Below are positions 53,001 through 62,584 of a stretch of 64,000 nucleotides of DNA, piece by piece (the stretch's first letter is position 1; every line of letters begins with the position of its first letter). The stretch covers positions 91,946,001-92,010,000 of the forward strand of contig NC_135809.1 in the NCBI RefSeq assembly GCF_964213995.1. Direction: 5' to 3'. Below the pieces are notes generated by a model. The model saw only the letters and a program-made list of their open reading frames with translations, searched no databases and was not told where the DNA came from. Both the position numbers and the translations under genes were made by a program. The DNA is from Mustelus asterias. Its lineage: Eukaryota.

Positions 53001-56000
53001 AATGATTCTGCGTTGTCATGTGTCGTGAAGGCCGCCTTGGAGAACGCTTACCCGAAGATCAGAGGCCAAATGCCCATGACTGCTGAAGTGTTCCCCAACA
53101 GGGAGAGAACATTCCTGCCTGGTGATTGTCGAGCGGTTCATCCATTGTCATAGCGTCTGCATGGTCTTCCCATGTACCATGCCTCAGGACATCCTTTCCT
53201 GCAGCGTATCAGGTAGACAACGTTGGCTGAGTTATAAGTGTATGTACTGTGTACCTAGTGGAAGGTGTTCTCATGTGAGATGACGGCATCTGTGTCGATG
53301 ATCCGGCACGTCTTGAAGAGGTTGCTGTGGCAGGGTTGTGTGGTTTCGTGGTCACTGTTCTCCTGAAGGCTGGGTAGTTTGCTGCGGACAATGGTCTGTT
53401 TGAGGTTGTGCAGTTGTTTGAAGGCAAGAAGTGGGGGTGTGGGGATGGCCTTGGTGAGATATTTGTCTTCATCGATGACATGTTGAAGGCTCCGGAGACG
53501 ATGTCGTAGCTTCTCCGCTCCAGGGAAGTACTGGACGACGAAGGGTACTCTGTCCACCGTGTCCTGTGTTTGTCTTCTGAGGAGGTTGGTGCGGTTTTTC
53601 GCTGTGGCATGTCGGAACTGTCGATCGATGAGTCAAGCGCCATATCCTGTTCTTATGAGGGCATCTTTCAGCGTCTGGAGGTGTCTGTTGCGATCCTCCT
53701 CATCTGAGCAGATCCTGTGTATACGGAGGGCTGTGTAGGGGATGGCTTCTTTAATGTGTTTAGGGTGGAAGCTGGAGAAGTGGAGCATCGTGAGGTTATC
53801 CGTGGTTTTGCGGTACAGTGAAGTGCTGAGGTGACTGTCCTTGATGGAGGTGCGTGTGTCCAAGAATGCAGCCATCACAAGAACGACACAATGGATGTCT
53901 CGGCACTCTCCATCAGCATCCCCGCTGACAATGGCACTGCTGCAACTGCCTCAGTACTCAACGCCGACAACAACACAAGGCCAACACACCCGGCCGTCCC
54001 ATCGTATCGGGCAATAGGACCCTGTGCGAGAACCTCTCCGGCTACGTCGAGGGCATCCTGAAACCCATTGTACAAAGAACCCCCAGCTTTTGTCGCGACA
54101 CTACGGACTTCCTACAGAAACTCAGCACACATGGAGCAGTTGAACCAGGAGCACTCCTTGTCACAATGGATGTCTCAGCACTCTACATCAGCATCCCCCA
54201 TGACGATGGCATTGCTGCAACTCCCTCAGTACTCAACACCGACAACTGCCAATCTCCAGATGCAATTTTACAACTCATCCGCTTCATCCTGGACCACAAC
54301 GTCTTCACCTTCAACAATCAGTTCTTCATCCAGACACACTGAACAGCCATGGGGACCAAATTCGCACCTCAATATGCCAACATCTTCATGCACAGATTCG
54401 AACAAGACCTCTTCACCGCACAGGACCTTCAACCGATGCTATAGACTAGATACATCGATGACATTTTCTTCCTTTGGACTCATGGTGAACAATCACTGAA
54501 AAACTATATGATGACATTAACAACTTCCATCAAACTCACCATGGACTACTCTCCGGAAGCGGTTGCATTCTTGGACACACGCATCTCCATCAAGGGCGGT
54601 CACCTCAGCACTTCACTGTACCGCAAGCCCACAGATAACCTCACGCTGCTCCACTTCTCCAGCTTCCACCCTAAACACGTTAAAGAAGTCATCCCCTACG
54701 GACAAGCCCTCCGTATACACAGGATCTGCTCAGATGAGGAGGATCGCAACAGACACCTCCAGACGCTGAAAGATGCCCTCATAGGAACAAGATATGGTGC
54801 TCGACTCATCGATTGACAGTTCCGTTGCGCTACTGCAAAAAACTACACCGACCTCAGAAGACAAACACGAGACACGGCAGACAGAGTACCCTTCGTCGTC
54901 CAGTACTTTCCCGGAACGGAGAAGCTATGACATCCCCAGAGCCTTCAACATGTCATTGATGAAGATGAACACCTCGCCAAGGCCATCCCCACACCCCCAC
55001 TTCATGCCTTCAAACAACTGCACAACCTCAAACAGACCATTGTCCGCAGCAAACTACCCAGCCTTCAGGAGAACAGTGACCACGACACCACACAACCCTG
55101 CCACAGCAACCTCTGCAAGACATGCCGGATCGTCGACATGGATGCCATCATCTCACGTGAGAACACCATCCACCAGATACACGGTACATACCCTTGCAAC
55201 TCAGCCAATGTCGTCTACCTGATACGCTACAGGAAAGGATGTCCCGAGGCATGGTACATTGGGGAGACCATGCAGGTGCGACGACAACGGATGAATGAAC
55301 AGCGCTCGACAATCATCAGGCAAGAGTGTTCTCTTCCTGTTGGGGAACACTTCAGCAGTCATGGGCATTCAGCCTTTGATCTTCGGGTAAGCATTCTCCA
55401 AGGCGGCCTTCATGACACCCGACAACGCAGAATCGCTGAGCAGAAACTGATAGCCAAGTTCTGCGCACATGAGGACGGCCTCAACCGAGATCTTGGGTTC
55501 ATGTCACACTATCTGTGACCCCCACGACTTGCCTGGGCTTGCAAAATCTCACTAACTGTCCTGGCTGGAGACAATATGTATCTCTTTGACTGTGCTTAAC
55601 TCTCTCTCCACTCACATTGTCTGTACCTTTTAAGACTTGATTACCTGTAAAGACTCACATTCCAACCATTATCTTGTAAATTGAGTTTATGTCTTTATAT
55701 GCCCTGTTTGTGAACAGAACTCCCACTCGCCTGATGAAGGAGCAGCGCTCCAAAAGCTTGTGGCTTGTGCTTCCAAATAAACCTGTTGGACTTTGACCTG
55801 GTGTTGTGAGACTTCTTACTGTGCTTACCCCAGTCCAACGCCGGCATCTCCACTTCAAAATGGTGCCAGTGCATCTTTTACCTCCATCTGAGCAGGCAGA
55901 TATAACCTCGGATTACTGTATCATCTGAGAGACATAGAAAATAGGTGCAGGAGTAGGCCATTTGGTCCTTTGCGCCTCCACAACAACTCAATATGATCAT

Positions 56001-59000
56001 ACACTTTCAGTATCGCACTTCTACTTTCTCTCCATATCCCTTGATCCCTTTAGCCACAAGGGCCACGTCCAGCTCACTCTTTAACATATCTAACAAACTG
56101 GCCCCAACAGCTTTCTATGGTGGAGAATTCCACAGGTTCACAACTCTGAGCGAAGAAGCTTTTCCTCATCTCAGTCCTAAATGGCTTATCCCTTATTCTT
56201 AGACTGTGACCCCCTAGTTCTGCACTTCCCCAACATTGGGAACATCCTTCCCGCATCTAGTCTGTCCAGTCCCATCAGGATCTTGTGTTTCTGAGATTCC
56301 CTCTCATTCTTCTAAATTCCAGTGCATGCAAGCCCAATACAAGTATTTCCAACATTATAGTGCTCTCTCAGAACTTGATTTTTGTGCTACCCTGGAGTGG
56401 GAAATTAATCCAGAATTTGCTGATTCAGAGGCAAGAGTGCCACCAACTGAGCCATGGCTGTCTTTCTATGGATTTGACAATGATTGAAATTTTAACCTTC
56501 CAGGTCTGGTCATTTTCAAGGTTGTGTACAGAATGTGAATCAATGTGGTGCTTGTTGAAAGTTTTCTTGATGTTGGTTTTTACCATTTTTTTCCTATTTC
56601 AGGTTTGGAGTGAAAATGCAGATGGGTCAGGAGCTGTGAATTTCCTGACAGGAATGGGTGGCTTCTTGCAGACCATGCTATTTGGCTACACTGGCTTCAG
56701 GTCAGTCTGAATTTAGCCAAGTTTTATTTGAGTTATTGGGATATGCAATAATCAATTTCAGTATGCACAAGAAATTTGCTTATATTACAGTTGTATACTA
56801 GGATAATGCTCTTGAATATTTTCTTCCACTCTTTCTTCCATTAAATTCCCCCTCCACTTCTGAAAGCTTCGGTGACAAACAGGTCCTTGGGTGTTGCCAG
56901 CTCACCCCTATCTCAAGCAAGTTGCTGTTGTTTGTGTGCAAACTTGGTCACTTAATATTGTTGGCTACTTGGTCATGGACAATACTACAGCAGATGTTGA
57001 TCCTGTCCTCAGCCCAAATAGAATCACTGGATGCCCATCAAGACCAGGAACCTTGACTGCTTTATCTCTCCTTAGAGCTAAACACTGCCTGCCACTGAAG
57101 TGAGAAAGACAACGTTATCCGAGGTTGGGGGTTAACTCAGTTTTCTGATCTATGTTGCTGAACTTATTGGATAGTCTAACTGAATTTTTGAAAAGTGAAC
57201 AGATGTTTTATTTTCATCGAGTTTACCAGGAGCTGACTTGAGTACAAAAAATAAATGAGGCCTTTGCTCAAGAAATGTTCCAGGATGAAGCTTAACCACA
57301 GAATTTTTGTTTTTGGAAGTAACTCATTACTTACACCTTCCCCTATAAGTGTCTTAAATTACTGTTTGAACTGTATGCTCGGCATTGTTCCAAGATGTTG
57401 TGGCTGAAAGAAATATCTCTTACTCTGTGGATTCAACTTCCTGTTGTTCTGTGATAGACCTCCAGTGATGTGACCTGGCCACTCCTTTTTCAGAGGAGTT
57501 CTGATTCTGCACCACTGAAAATAATGTCTTTACTCCCTAAGCTAATAGGAGGGTTTTGGCAAGATTTGCTTATAATTCAGAATGTTGTTTTTGCAAACAT
57601 TGAACATTTAGTATGGTCCTTCTGAGGCATGCAGATGTCATCATTAACTTCAACGTATCAGTGGGGGTCAGACTGGCATTCTGTTAGTTGAGCTCTGACT
57701 AATTAAGGGTTTGGTGTTGGCACTGGGTTGTGCAGCTGAACAGGCCAGCCTTTGTCTCTTTCACCGAAGGATTTGCCTGATACTTGCAGTTGGAACTTGG
57801 ATGGAAAGGTAGACACAACAGTACTATGGATCTATGTAAGAACATAAAAATGCTTTGGGAGGATGAAAAGGCCTTTGATCTAATAAGGCCCTTTTGACAT
57901 CTCCTCTCATAATACTGTCTGCTTCAGTATTTTTACCTGATAACTCATTAGGCTTTTTCATTATACTTCAAGTGAATAAAACAGTCTGACTTCTTGCTCC
58001 TAACTTATTTTTAAACGTATGGTGATATTTGAATTATTTTTCCATATCGAACAATTTGTTTGGATCGACTTTCCTTCATTGCCATGGATAACCGAGGAAA
58101 ATGTATTTACTGTGGTTATGACCATTTCCAGTTACTGTCACAAGAAAGATCCCACCCTCTGTCTGCAACTCTTGACTTCTGATCTGTATTTTGTGCTTTG
58201 CTTTTGCAGGATCATGAAGACCTATCTGCACTTTGACCCCATATACCCAGAGGACATGGGGGAACTATGGATTACTGGAATTAATTACCTTGGAAACAAA
58301 CTACAATTTAAGCTTTCTACAGAGAAGGTCACAATTGTTTTGACAAGGCCTTGTGGATTTCGGCACTCAGCCTTGGAAGTTGTTCTAAGTAATTCAGGAA
58401 AGAGTTTTGTTCTAAATGCAGGTAATATTAGGAAGTTCATACCGTATTTCAATTGAGACAATCTGGATTTTGATTGGTATGTTCAATTCCCTGGTCAGTG
58501 TTGCAGAGAGTTGACTTGAGAGAAGAACAGTTACGTGCAGCAGCCAACATTTCACATTTTGGGGTTTAGATCGATGTCATAGACTGACAACAATTAGCAC
58601 CAAGAAATGATTCTGGCAACCACATACTTGAAAGATTGTTTTCAAATATAGCACTTTTCACATCCTCTGGATAATCCAAAATGCCTCACAACCATTGACT
58701 TGGTTGGCAAATGTGACAGCCAATTTGCATTTGGTAAATTTCCACTCATCTGTTTTGATGTTGGTTAAAGAATATTGGCTATGATGTTTGAGAAAATTCC
58801 CTAGTCTTCTCACAATACTATGGGATCTTTTATGTCCACATTTTGCAAGATCTTGAATTAAAGAGCACTACTTTGGGTGGAGGAAGGCAATATTAATTGA
58901 GAGGGTGTGTAGGTGGAAATGACAGAATGAACTGTGTTGAATGAACAGGTTGAATTGAAGGGGATGAATGGTACCAGCTTGAGCAGAGAGGGGAAGAAAA

Positions 59001-59651
59001 GTGCTGCTTTAAATTGAGGTTGAAGAATGCTCGTTTCTACTGAGTTTTTGCAGGAATGTTTCTGTGAAAATGTCCAGAGTTGGTTGAGTAGGAGCACTCT
59101 GAGTTGTATCATAACTTGCTCCGTATATTGAAATAATACAGTCCTGAGTTATTGTATTGTTAAATATTGAGCACTAAGGACACCCCTGAATGTAAAACAC
59201 TGACTGCTTGCAGAAGGTGGCACAGTGGTTAGCACTGCTGCTTCACAGCGCCAGGAACCCGGGTTCGATTCCTAGCTTGGGTCACTATCTGTGTGGAATT
59301 TGCATGTTCTCCCTGTGTCTGTGTGGGTTTCCTCCAGGTGCTCCAGTTTCCTCCCACATTCTGAAAGACGTGCTGGTTAGGTGCATTGACCCGAAAAGAC
59401 GCCAGTCTGTGGCAACTAGGGGAATTTCACAGTAACTTCATTGCAGTGTTAATGTAAGCCTTGTGACTAATAAATAAACTTTAAGTCACTTGCAATTCTG
59501 TGTTTGAGAGAAAATCTGAGGCATAGTCCTAAACTTGTAACACCCAATTTCATTTATTTTTACAGGCCAACCAGTATCTTTCCTTCTGGAACCAGGAATG
59601 ATTCGCAGAAAATGTCTTGCTGCTTCTTCTGATCTATCAACCAAGTTGTAG
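25802..59651 (+). CDS. PGGHG: Protein-glucosylgalactosylhydroxylysine glucosidase (ATHL1, GH65); 13 coding exons, 2100 nt, 699 aa
   Basis: join(25802..26054,28225..28435,32058..32493,34274..34393,36191..36322,37850..37961,42317..42389,46917..47053,48570..48703,50592..50687,56603..56700,58210..58421,59566..59651). All introns GT-AG and in phase. Motifs [63 protein letters not shown] are collinear with vertebrate PGGHG as I recall it. Confidence 0.96.
26430..27900 (-). mobile_element. Old CR1 5' region fragments
   Basis: Decayed similarity to CR1 ORF1/endonuclease region on the minus strand. Confidence 0.5.
28225..28435 (+). CDS. PGGHG: PGGHG coding exon 2
   Basis: ctag|GCGTG...GCAAT|GTAAGG; QIFAHRT...GPDFMGA. 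Confidence 0.93.
30927..31320 (-). mobile_element. Rex1/Babar-like LINE 3' end
   Basis: Minus strand reads HPGHT..HLLPSGK.Y...[16 protein letters not shown], followed by 3' UTR ending aataataagtcaaatcaataaa. Confidence 0.65.
32058..32493 (+). CDS. PGGHG: PGGHG coding exon 3
   Basis: ttcag|GTAC...GATCAG|GTAGGA; [10 protein letters not shown]...YYLLSALP...GHIFWDQ. Confidence 0.95.
33226..33537 (-). mobile_element. HE1-type SINE
   Basis: Reverse complement of head, V-domain and tail. Confidence 0.88.
33605..33936 (+). mobile_element. HE1-type SINE
   Basis: TAGCACAGTGG A box, GGTTCGATTCC B box, V-domain, tail. Confidence 0.9.
34274..34393 (+). CDS. PGGHG: PGGHG coding exon 4
   Basis: [17 protein letters not shown]...QQGYM, 120 nt, donor GTAAGT. 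Confidence 0.94.
35205..35403 (+). mobile_element. Second-family PLE 3' fragment, decayed hammerhead
   Basis: CTGATGAAGGGTCATCCA at 35308, GAAA lost, family tail follows. Confidence 0.65.
36191..36322 (+). CDS. PGGHG: PGGHG coding exon 5
   Basis: GAKYPWESA...EIHINGD...YFTQ, 132 nt. Confidence 0.94.
36414..37458. repeat. Diverged local direct duplication (about 250-bp units at 36414-36660 and 36980-37458)
   Basis: Both carry tggtgaatttgaggcctgcaggatggaaggag; the second copy is interrupted by the Penelope repeat. Confidence 0.85.
37138..37368 (-). mobile_element. Solo Penelope terminal repeat with hammerhead motif (37183-37219)
   Basis: Highly similar to 52630-52860; reverse complement TCAC-CTGACGA-A-GGAGTAGCGCTCC-GAAA-AC-TA-GTGG. 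Confidence 0.85.
37850..37961 (+). CDS. PGGHG: PGGHG coding exon 6
   Basis: [37 protein letters not shown], 112 nt; not in the ORF track, read manually. Confidence 0.93.
38088..38530 (-). mobile_element. CR1 3' end
   Basis: [12 protein letters not shown]...[10 protein letters not shown]; CR1 3' UTR. Confidence 0.88.
39334..40182. mobile_element. Non-autonomous hAT (Charlie-like) DNA transposon
   Basis: TIR CAGGTTTGTCCAA / TTGGACGGGCCTG; degenerate 8-bp TSD ATCTAAAT / CTCTAAGC matching the NTCTARNN preference. Confidence 0.7.
40863..41197 (-). mobile_element. HE1-type SINE, young (CpGs retained)
   Basis: Full head to tail on the minus strand; an inverted CR1-type tail follows at about 41210-41301. 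Confidence 0.9.
42317..42389 (+). CDS. PGGHG: PGGHG coding exon 7 (catalytic PDEY)
   Basis: ttcaag|GAGTG...TACAG|GTGAGG; [25 protein letters not shown], 73 nt. Confidence 0.93.
43124..45395 (-). mobile_element. CR1 LINE with endonuclease and RT remnants and an internal deletion near 44580
   Basis: VYRPP/IMGDFN/SDH (44817..45278), [13 protein letters not shown] (43597..44487), frameshifted C-terminus, ttcttatg tail. Confidence 0.93.
45405..46270 (+). mobile_element. Second non-LTR family RT/3' fragment
   Basis: [10 protein letters not shown]...IQAWAEK, MEYSLH; collinear with 8365-9880. Confidence 0.75.
46917..47053 (+). CDS. PGGHG: PGGHG coding exon 8
   Basis: LQFATELA...KIKVPFD...HPEFDGYKS, 137 nt. 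Confidence 0.93.
47640..47940 (+). mobile_element. CR1 3' end, decayed
   Basis: Similar to the 3' ends at 7300-7500 and 16600-16910. Confidence 0.65.
48570..48703 (+). CDS. PGGHG: PGGHG coding exon 9
   Basis: [14 protein letters not shown]...GPAMTW, 134 nt. Confidence 0.95.
48790..49640 (+). mobile_element. Old CR1 RT fragment
   Basis: agccagcatggatttgtaaagggcaggtcatg ([10 protein letters not shown]) and ttccaggaagcatttgat motifs. Confidence 0.75.
50592..50687 (+). CDS. PGGHG: PGGHG coding exon 10
   Basis: [12 protein letters not shown]...NIQEPFK, 96 nt. Confidence 0.94.
50830..51146 (-). mobile_element. HE1-type SINE
   Basis: Same head, V-domain and tail. Confidence 0.85.
51590..52490 (+). 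mobile_element. CR1 3' fragment
   Basis: [11 protein letters not shown]...[12 protein letters not shown], ending in a gggccgaagggcctgttcctgtgctgtac tail. Confidence 0.88.
52675..52711 (-). ncRNA. Hammerhead motif in Penelope terminal repeat, core intact
   Basis: Reverse complement TCAC-CTGACGA-A-GGGGCAGCGCTCC-GAAA-GC-TT-ATGG; one mismatch in stem I. Confidence 0.65.
55727..55763 (+). ncRNA. Hammerhead motif with G12>A, probably inactive
   Basis: TCGC-CTGATGA-A-GGAGCAGCGCTCC-AAAA-GC-TT-GTGG. Confidence 0.55.
55932..56340 (-). mobile_element. CR1 3' end nested in a Deu-SINE
   Basis: [20 protein letters not shown]; catagaaaatagg tail. Confidence 0.82.
56603..56700 (+). CDS. PGGHG: PGGHG coding exon 11
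   Basis: [32 protein letters not shown], 98 nt. Confidence 0.95.
58210..58421 (+). CDS. PGGHG: PGGHG coding exon 12
   Basis: [10 protein letters not shown]...GINYLGNKL...FVLNA, 212 nt. Confidence 0.92.
59213..59482 (+). mobile_element. V-SINE with HE1 head and an alternative 3' tail; tail-only copies at 6592-6755(-) and 28075-28192(-)
   Basis: Tail gcaactaggggaatttcacagtaacttcattgcagtgttaatgtaagcc...aataaataaacttt. Confidence 0.82.
59566..59651 (+). CDS. PGGHG: PGGHG last coding exon
   Basis: tttacag|GCCAACCAGTATCT..., [31 protein letters not shown] ends at 59651. Confidence 0.88.
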
Positions 59652-59750
59652 CCTGTAGAAGGTTAATCAGTTTTTCTATCTGTAAAATATGGATCTGTGC
59701 ATTCTCTTGACCTGAAGCTTACTACATGCCACTGGAATTGCGCACCTTTC

Positions 59751-59756
59751 AATAAA
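59751..59756 (+). promoter_or_regulatory. Candidate PGGHG polyadenylation signal
   Basis: AATAAA 100 nt after the stop, followed by a T-rich tract; alternatives at about 60201 and 60272. Confidence 0.45.
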
Positions 59757-60587
59757 TTTTGTTTTCTTCCCCCTCTTCCTTTGCCACAGATGTGAACTTC
59801 TGCTGGGGCATGCCGGCACTTGAAGCTCTCCAATACTTTGCCTGGTCTTTTTTTTATCAAGTCCGTGTCTCAGACGTCAGTGATGGTAGTACATTTGGCT
59901 GATGCTGTCCTCATGTACACTTATGAGCAGAATTGCTGGATAGTGATAATTGGGAACCCCAGTTGATTTTTTTATTTTGTTCCTTCTCTCTGGATCACTT
60001 GGGTTAACTACAGCACCCTTGCAGCTGCACTGTTGAGATCAGCCAACTGAGTACAGATCGAGTCTGCAATACTTTCCAAAACAAGCTACTCCATTTATGC
60101 ATTGAGTCATTAGAATCAAATATGTTCCATTCATGTATTTATTTCATTCAGATGAATGTGAATATCTTAAAATGTGTAAAAACCAATATAAAATGGTTCA
60201 AATAAAATAGTAACAAATTATGGCTATTAAGGTGAAAGTGACTTTTTATTTGTTCAGAAAACCTATTGGAAATAAAGTGCAAGACATCACCAAGGCCGCA
60301 AAGAATATGAGAAGGGGTAAGTCAAGAAGTGGTTATGAACTGATGCTGAGTACATTTAGATTGTAGCAGGAAGTAATCTGAGGGAGATATTCAGTTTAAA
60401 GCTCCTGGGGAAGAACAAATTGCACTAAAATGTATACACGGCAAAACTATGCCATAAGCATCAGAGTTCTTTCAGTGGTCAACCTTGTAGAAACTTTTGC
60501 CATGTCTGGTACCTCTGATGTTTGAGTCATTATATATAGAATTGGAAAGAAATTGTTTGAGCCACTCTTAGTGAAGAATGGCTCACT

Positions 60588-60916
60588 GGGCAGCATGGTG
60601 GCACAGTGGTTAGCTCTGGTGCCTCACAGCGCCAGGGACCCGGGTTCAATTCCAGCCTCGGGTGACTGTGTGGAGTTTGCACATTCTTCCTGTGTCTGCG
60701 TGGGCTTCCTCTGGGTGCTGTGGTTTCCTCCCACAATCCAAAGATGTGCAGGTTAGGTTGATTGGCCATGCTAAATTGTCCCAGTGTCCCAAGATGTGTA
60801 GTTTAGGGGGGATTAGCAGGGTAAATATGTGGGGATAGGGGCTGGGTAGGATTGTTGTCGGTACAGGCTCAATGGGCCAAATGGCCTATTTCTGCACTGT
60901 TGGGATTCTAAGATTA
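60588..60916 (+). mobile_element. HE1-type SINE
   Basis: Same head, V-domain and tail. Confidence 0.88.
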
Positions 60917-60961
60917 TATATAGAATTTGAAGTAAGTTTTGGAACCATCCATTGAAACACA

Positions 60962-61670
60962 TAAGAAAAAGCTGCAAATACTCAGCAGAGTCTGTGGGGA
61001 GGAAACAGCATTAATATTTCAGGTTGATGACCTTTCATCAGAACTGAAGAAAGATGAATGTAAGTTTTTAAGCCAGTAGAAGGGGGAAATTTGGACAGGA
61101 AGAACAAAATGGAAGGTCTGTGATAGGGTAGAGGGGAGGAGAGATTCACTAACAAAAGATTTCATTATGCAAAAGCCCAATGTACAAATAGGTAAAGTGA
61201 TAGAGGTTGTGTCCAGATTAGCTAACTCATGACTATATAGCAGTCATCCAAAAGCAACATTAAGAAATAAAAAGGGATAGAAAAAAGCCAGCAAAAGAAA
61301 ACATAGAGCTAGAGGCAGAGGTTCTGATCTAAAGTTGTTGAACCCAACACTGACTCCAGAAGGCTGTAGAGTGCCGAGATGAGGTGCTGTTAATTGAGGC
61401 TATGCTGAGATTTATTGGAACAGTGTCGCAGATCATGGATAGCAAGGTCAAAGTGGGAGCAAGGTGGAGAATTAAAATGATGTGATGGGAAGCTCTGGAT
61501 CATGTTTGTGAACTGAATAGAAGCATTCCACAAATCAGTCACCCAGTCTATGTTTGGTCTCTCCAGTATAGAGGAAACCATGTTAGTGAAAATAGTGTAT
61601 TAAATTGAAAGAAGTGCAAGTAAAATGCTGTTGGAAGGAGTGTTTGAGGCCCTGGATGGTGGGAAGAGAG
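60962..61670 (-). mobile_element. Old Penelope 3' end (GIY-YIG remnant plus hammerhead at 61005-61046)
   Basis: The minus strand reads LYTGETKHRLGD...HFNSPPCSH...GTLQP...FNNFR across frameshifts; CAGTT-CTGATGA-A-AGGTCATCAACCT-GAAA-TA-TT. Confidence 0.75.
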
Positions 61671-62429
61671 GTGCAATAGCCAACCATCCTGGAATGTGTG
61701 GGAGTCTCCTAGATTTGCCATCTGTCAGTGGCTATTAAAGGTATTCCGGGAGAATTTAGAATAATGTTTCAAGAAAATGTTTGTTTTGTGCAGAGGCTCT
61801 GCTCACTCATCTTTGATGGAAAAGAGTGACCCGATTGCATTCACAGTGCAATGAAAAGTTGTAAACCAATACACTCACTAACGTCATTGCATTGCATGTT
61901 TTCCCATTGGCACTCGGTCTCGATCCTGAGGAGCCAGCACTGCTGCAAGATCAACTGAACTTTCAACCGCCCGAGCCAGCCTAGATTTGTACATGCCAGG
62001 AGTCCTGAGACTGGAGTTAAGGAAACGCTGCTGAGCTCGAAAAATTAGCCAGCAAAAGAAAACATATAGAGGCAGAGGTTCTGATCTAAAGTTGTTGAAC
62101 CCAACACTGACTCCAGAAGCCTGTAGAGTGCAGCCTAAAAACTTAGCTTTTTTGAGCTGAGGTAATTTAGTAAAAGGAATGGTGCTGCTTACATTACAGC
62201 TGGAAGAAAGCCTGTCTAATAATAGTGATGTCTGATTGATTTCTTTATTGTGTCCTGGTTTCAACAATGTAAGAAAATACCCCAAAACGTTGAACTGGAT
62301 TTATAGCTGAGGGACAAAAACAGAAAATGCTGGAAAATCTCAGCAGGCCTGACAGCATCTGTGGAGAGAGAATAGGGTAAGAAGTCTAACAACAGGTTAA
62401 AGTCCAACAGGTTTATTTGGTAGTAAAAG

Positions 62430-62468
62430 TTACTAGCTTTCGGAACAGGCTGTCCCTTCGTCAGGGGG
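62430..62468 (-). ncRNA. Hammerhead motif, core intact, stem I disrupted
   Basis: Reverse complement reads CCCC-CTGACGA-A-GGGACAGCCTGTTCC-GAAA-GC-TA-GTAA. Confidence 0.6.
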
Positions 62469-62545
62469 GTGGGGGAGTTCTGATCACAAACAGGGCACAA
62501 ACTGAGTTTGTGTCTTTGTGGTCTGTTTGTGATCAGAACTTCCCC

Positions 62546-62584
62546 CCACCTGATGAAGGGACAGCCTGTTCCGAAAGCTAGTGG
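62546..62584 (+). ncRNA. Minimal type I hammerhead ribozyme motif, intact
   Basis: CCAC-CTGATGA-A-GGGACAGCCTGTTCC-GAAA-GC-TA-GTGG. Stem I CCAC/GTGG, stem II GGGAC/GTTCC, palindromic AGCT stem III; predicted cut after A62580. Confidence 0.8.

Larger units (their letters stand above)
52621..55852. mobile_element. Penelope-like retroelement, fold-back (inverted) insertion, decayed RT plus GIY-YIG
   Basis: The + arm encodes [37 protein letters not shown] and WYIGET...VGEHF...GLNRDLG. The - arm (52619-53873) mirrors about 54560-55820. CTTCAAAATGGT is duplicated at 52609-52620 and 55853-55864. Confidence 0.93.

Noticed and set aside
58019-58456. Hydrophobic N-terminal extensions of ORFs around PGGHG exons (also 56285, 28179)
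   Set aside because: Translated polypyrimidine tracts upstream of clear acceptors.
59637-59651. PGGHG C-terminal STKL as a peroxisomal PTS1
   Set aside because: TKL departs from the [SAC][KRH][LM] consensus and the tail does not match the human sequence as recalled; too weak to report.
25802-59651. Horizontally acquired bacterial GH65 gene
   Set aside because: Standard multi-exon vertebrate PGGHG.
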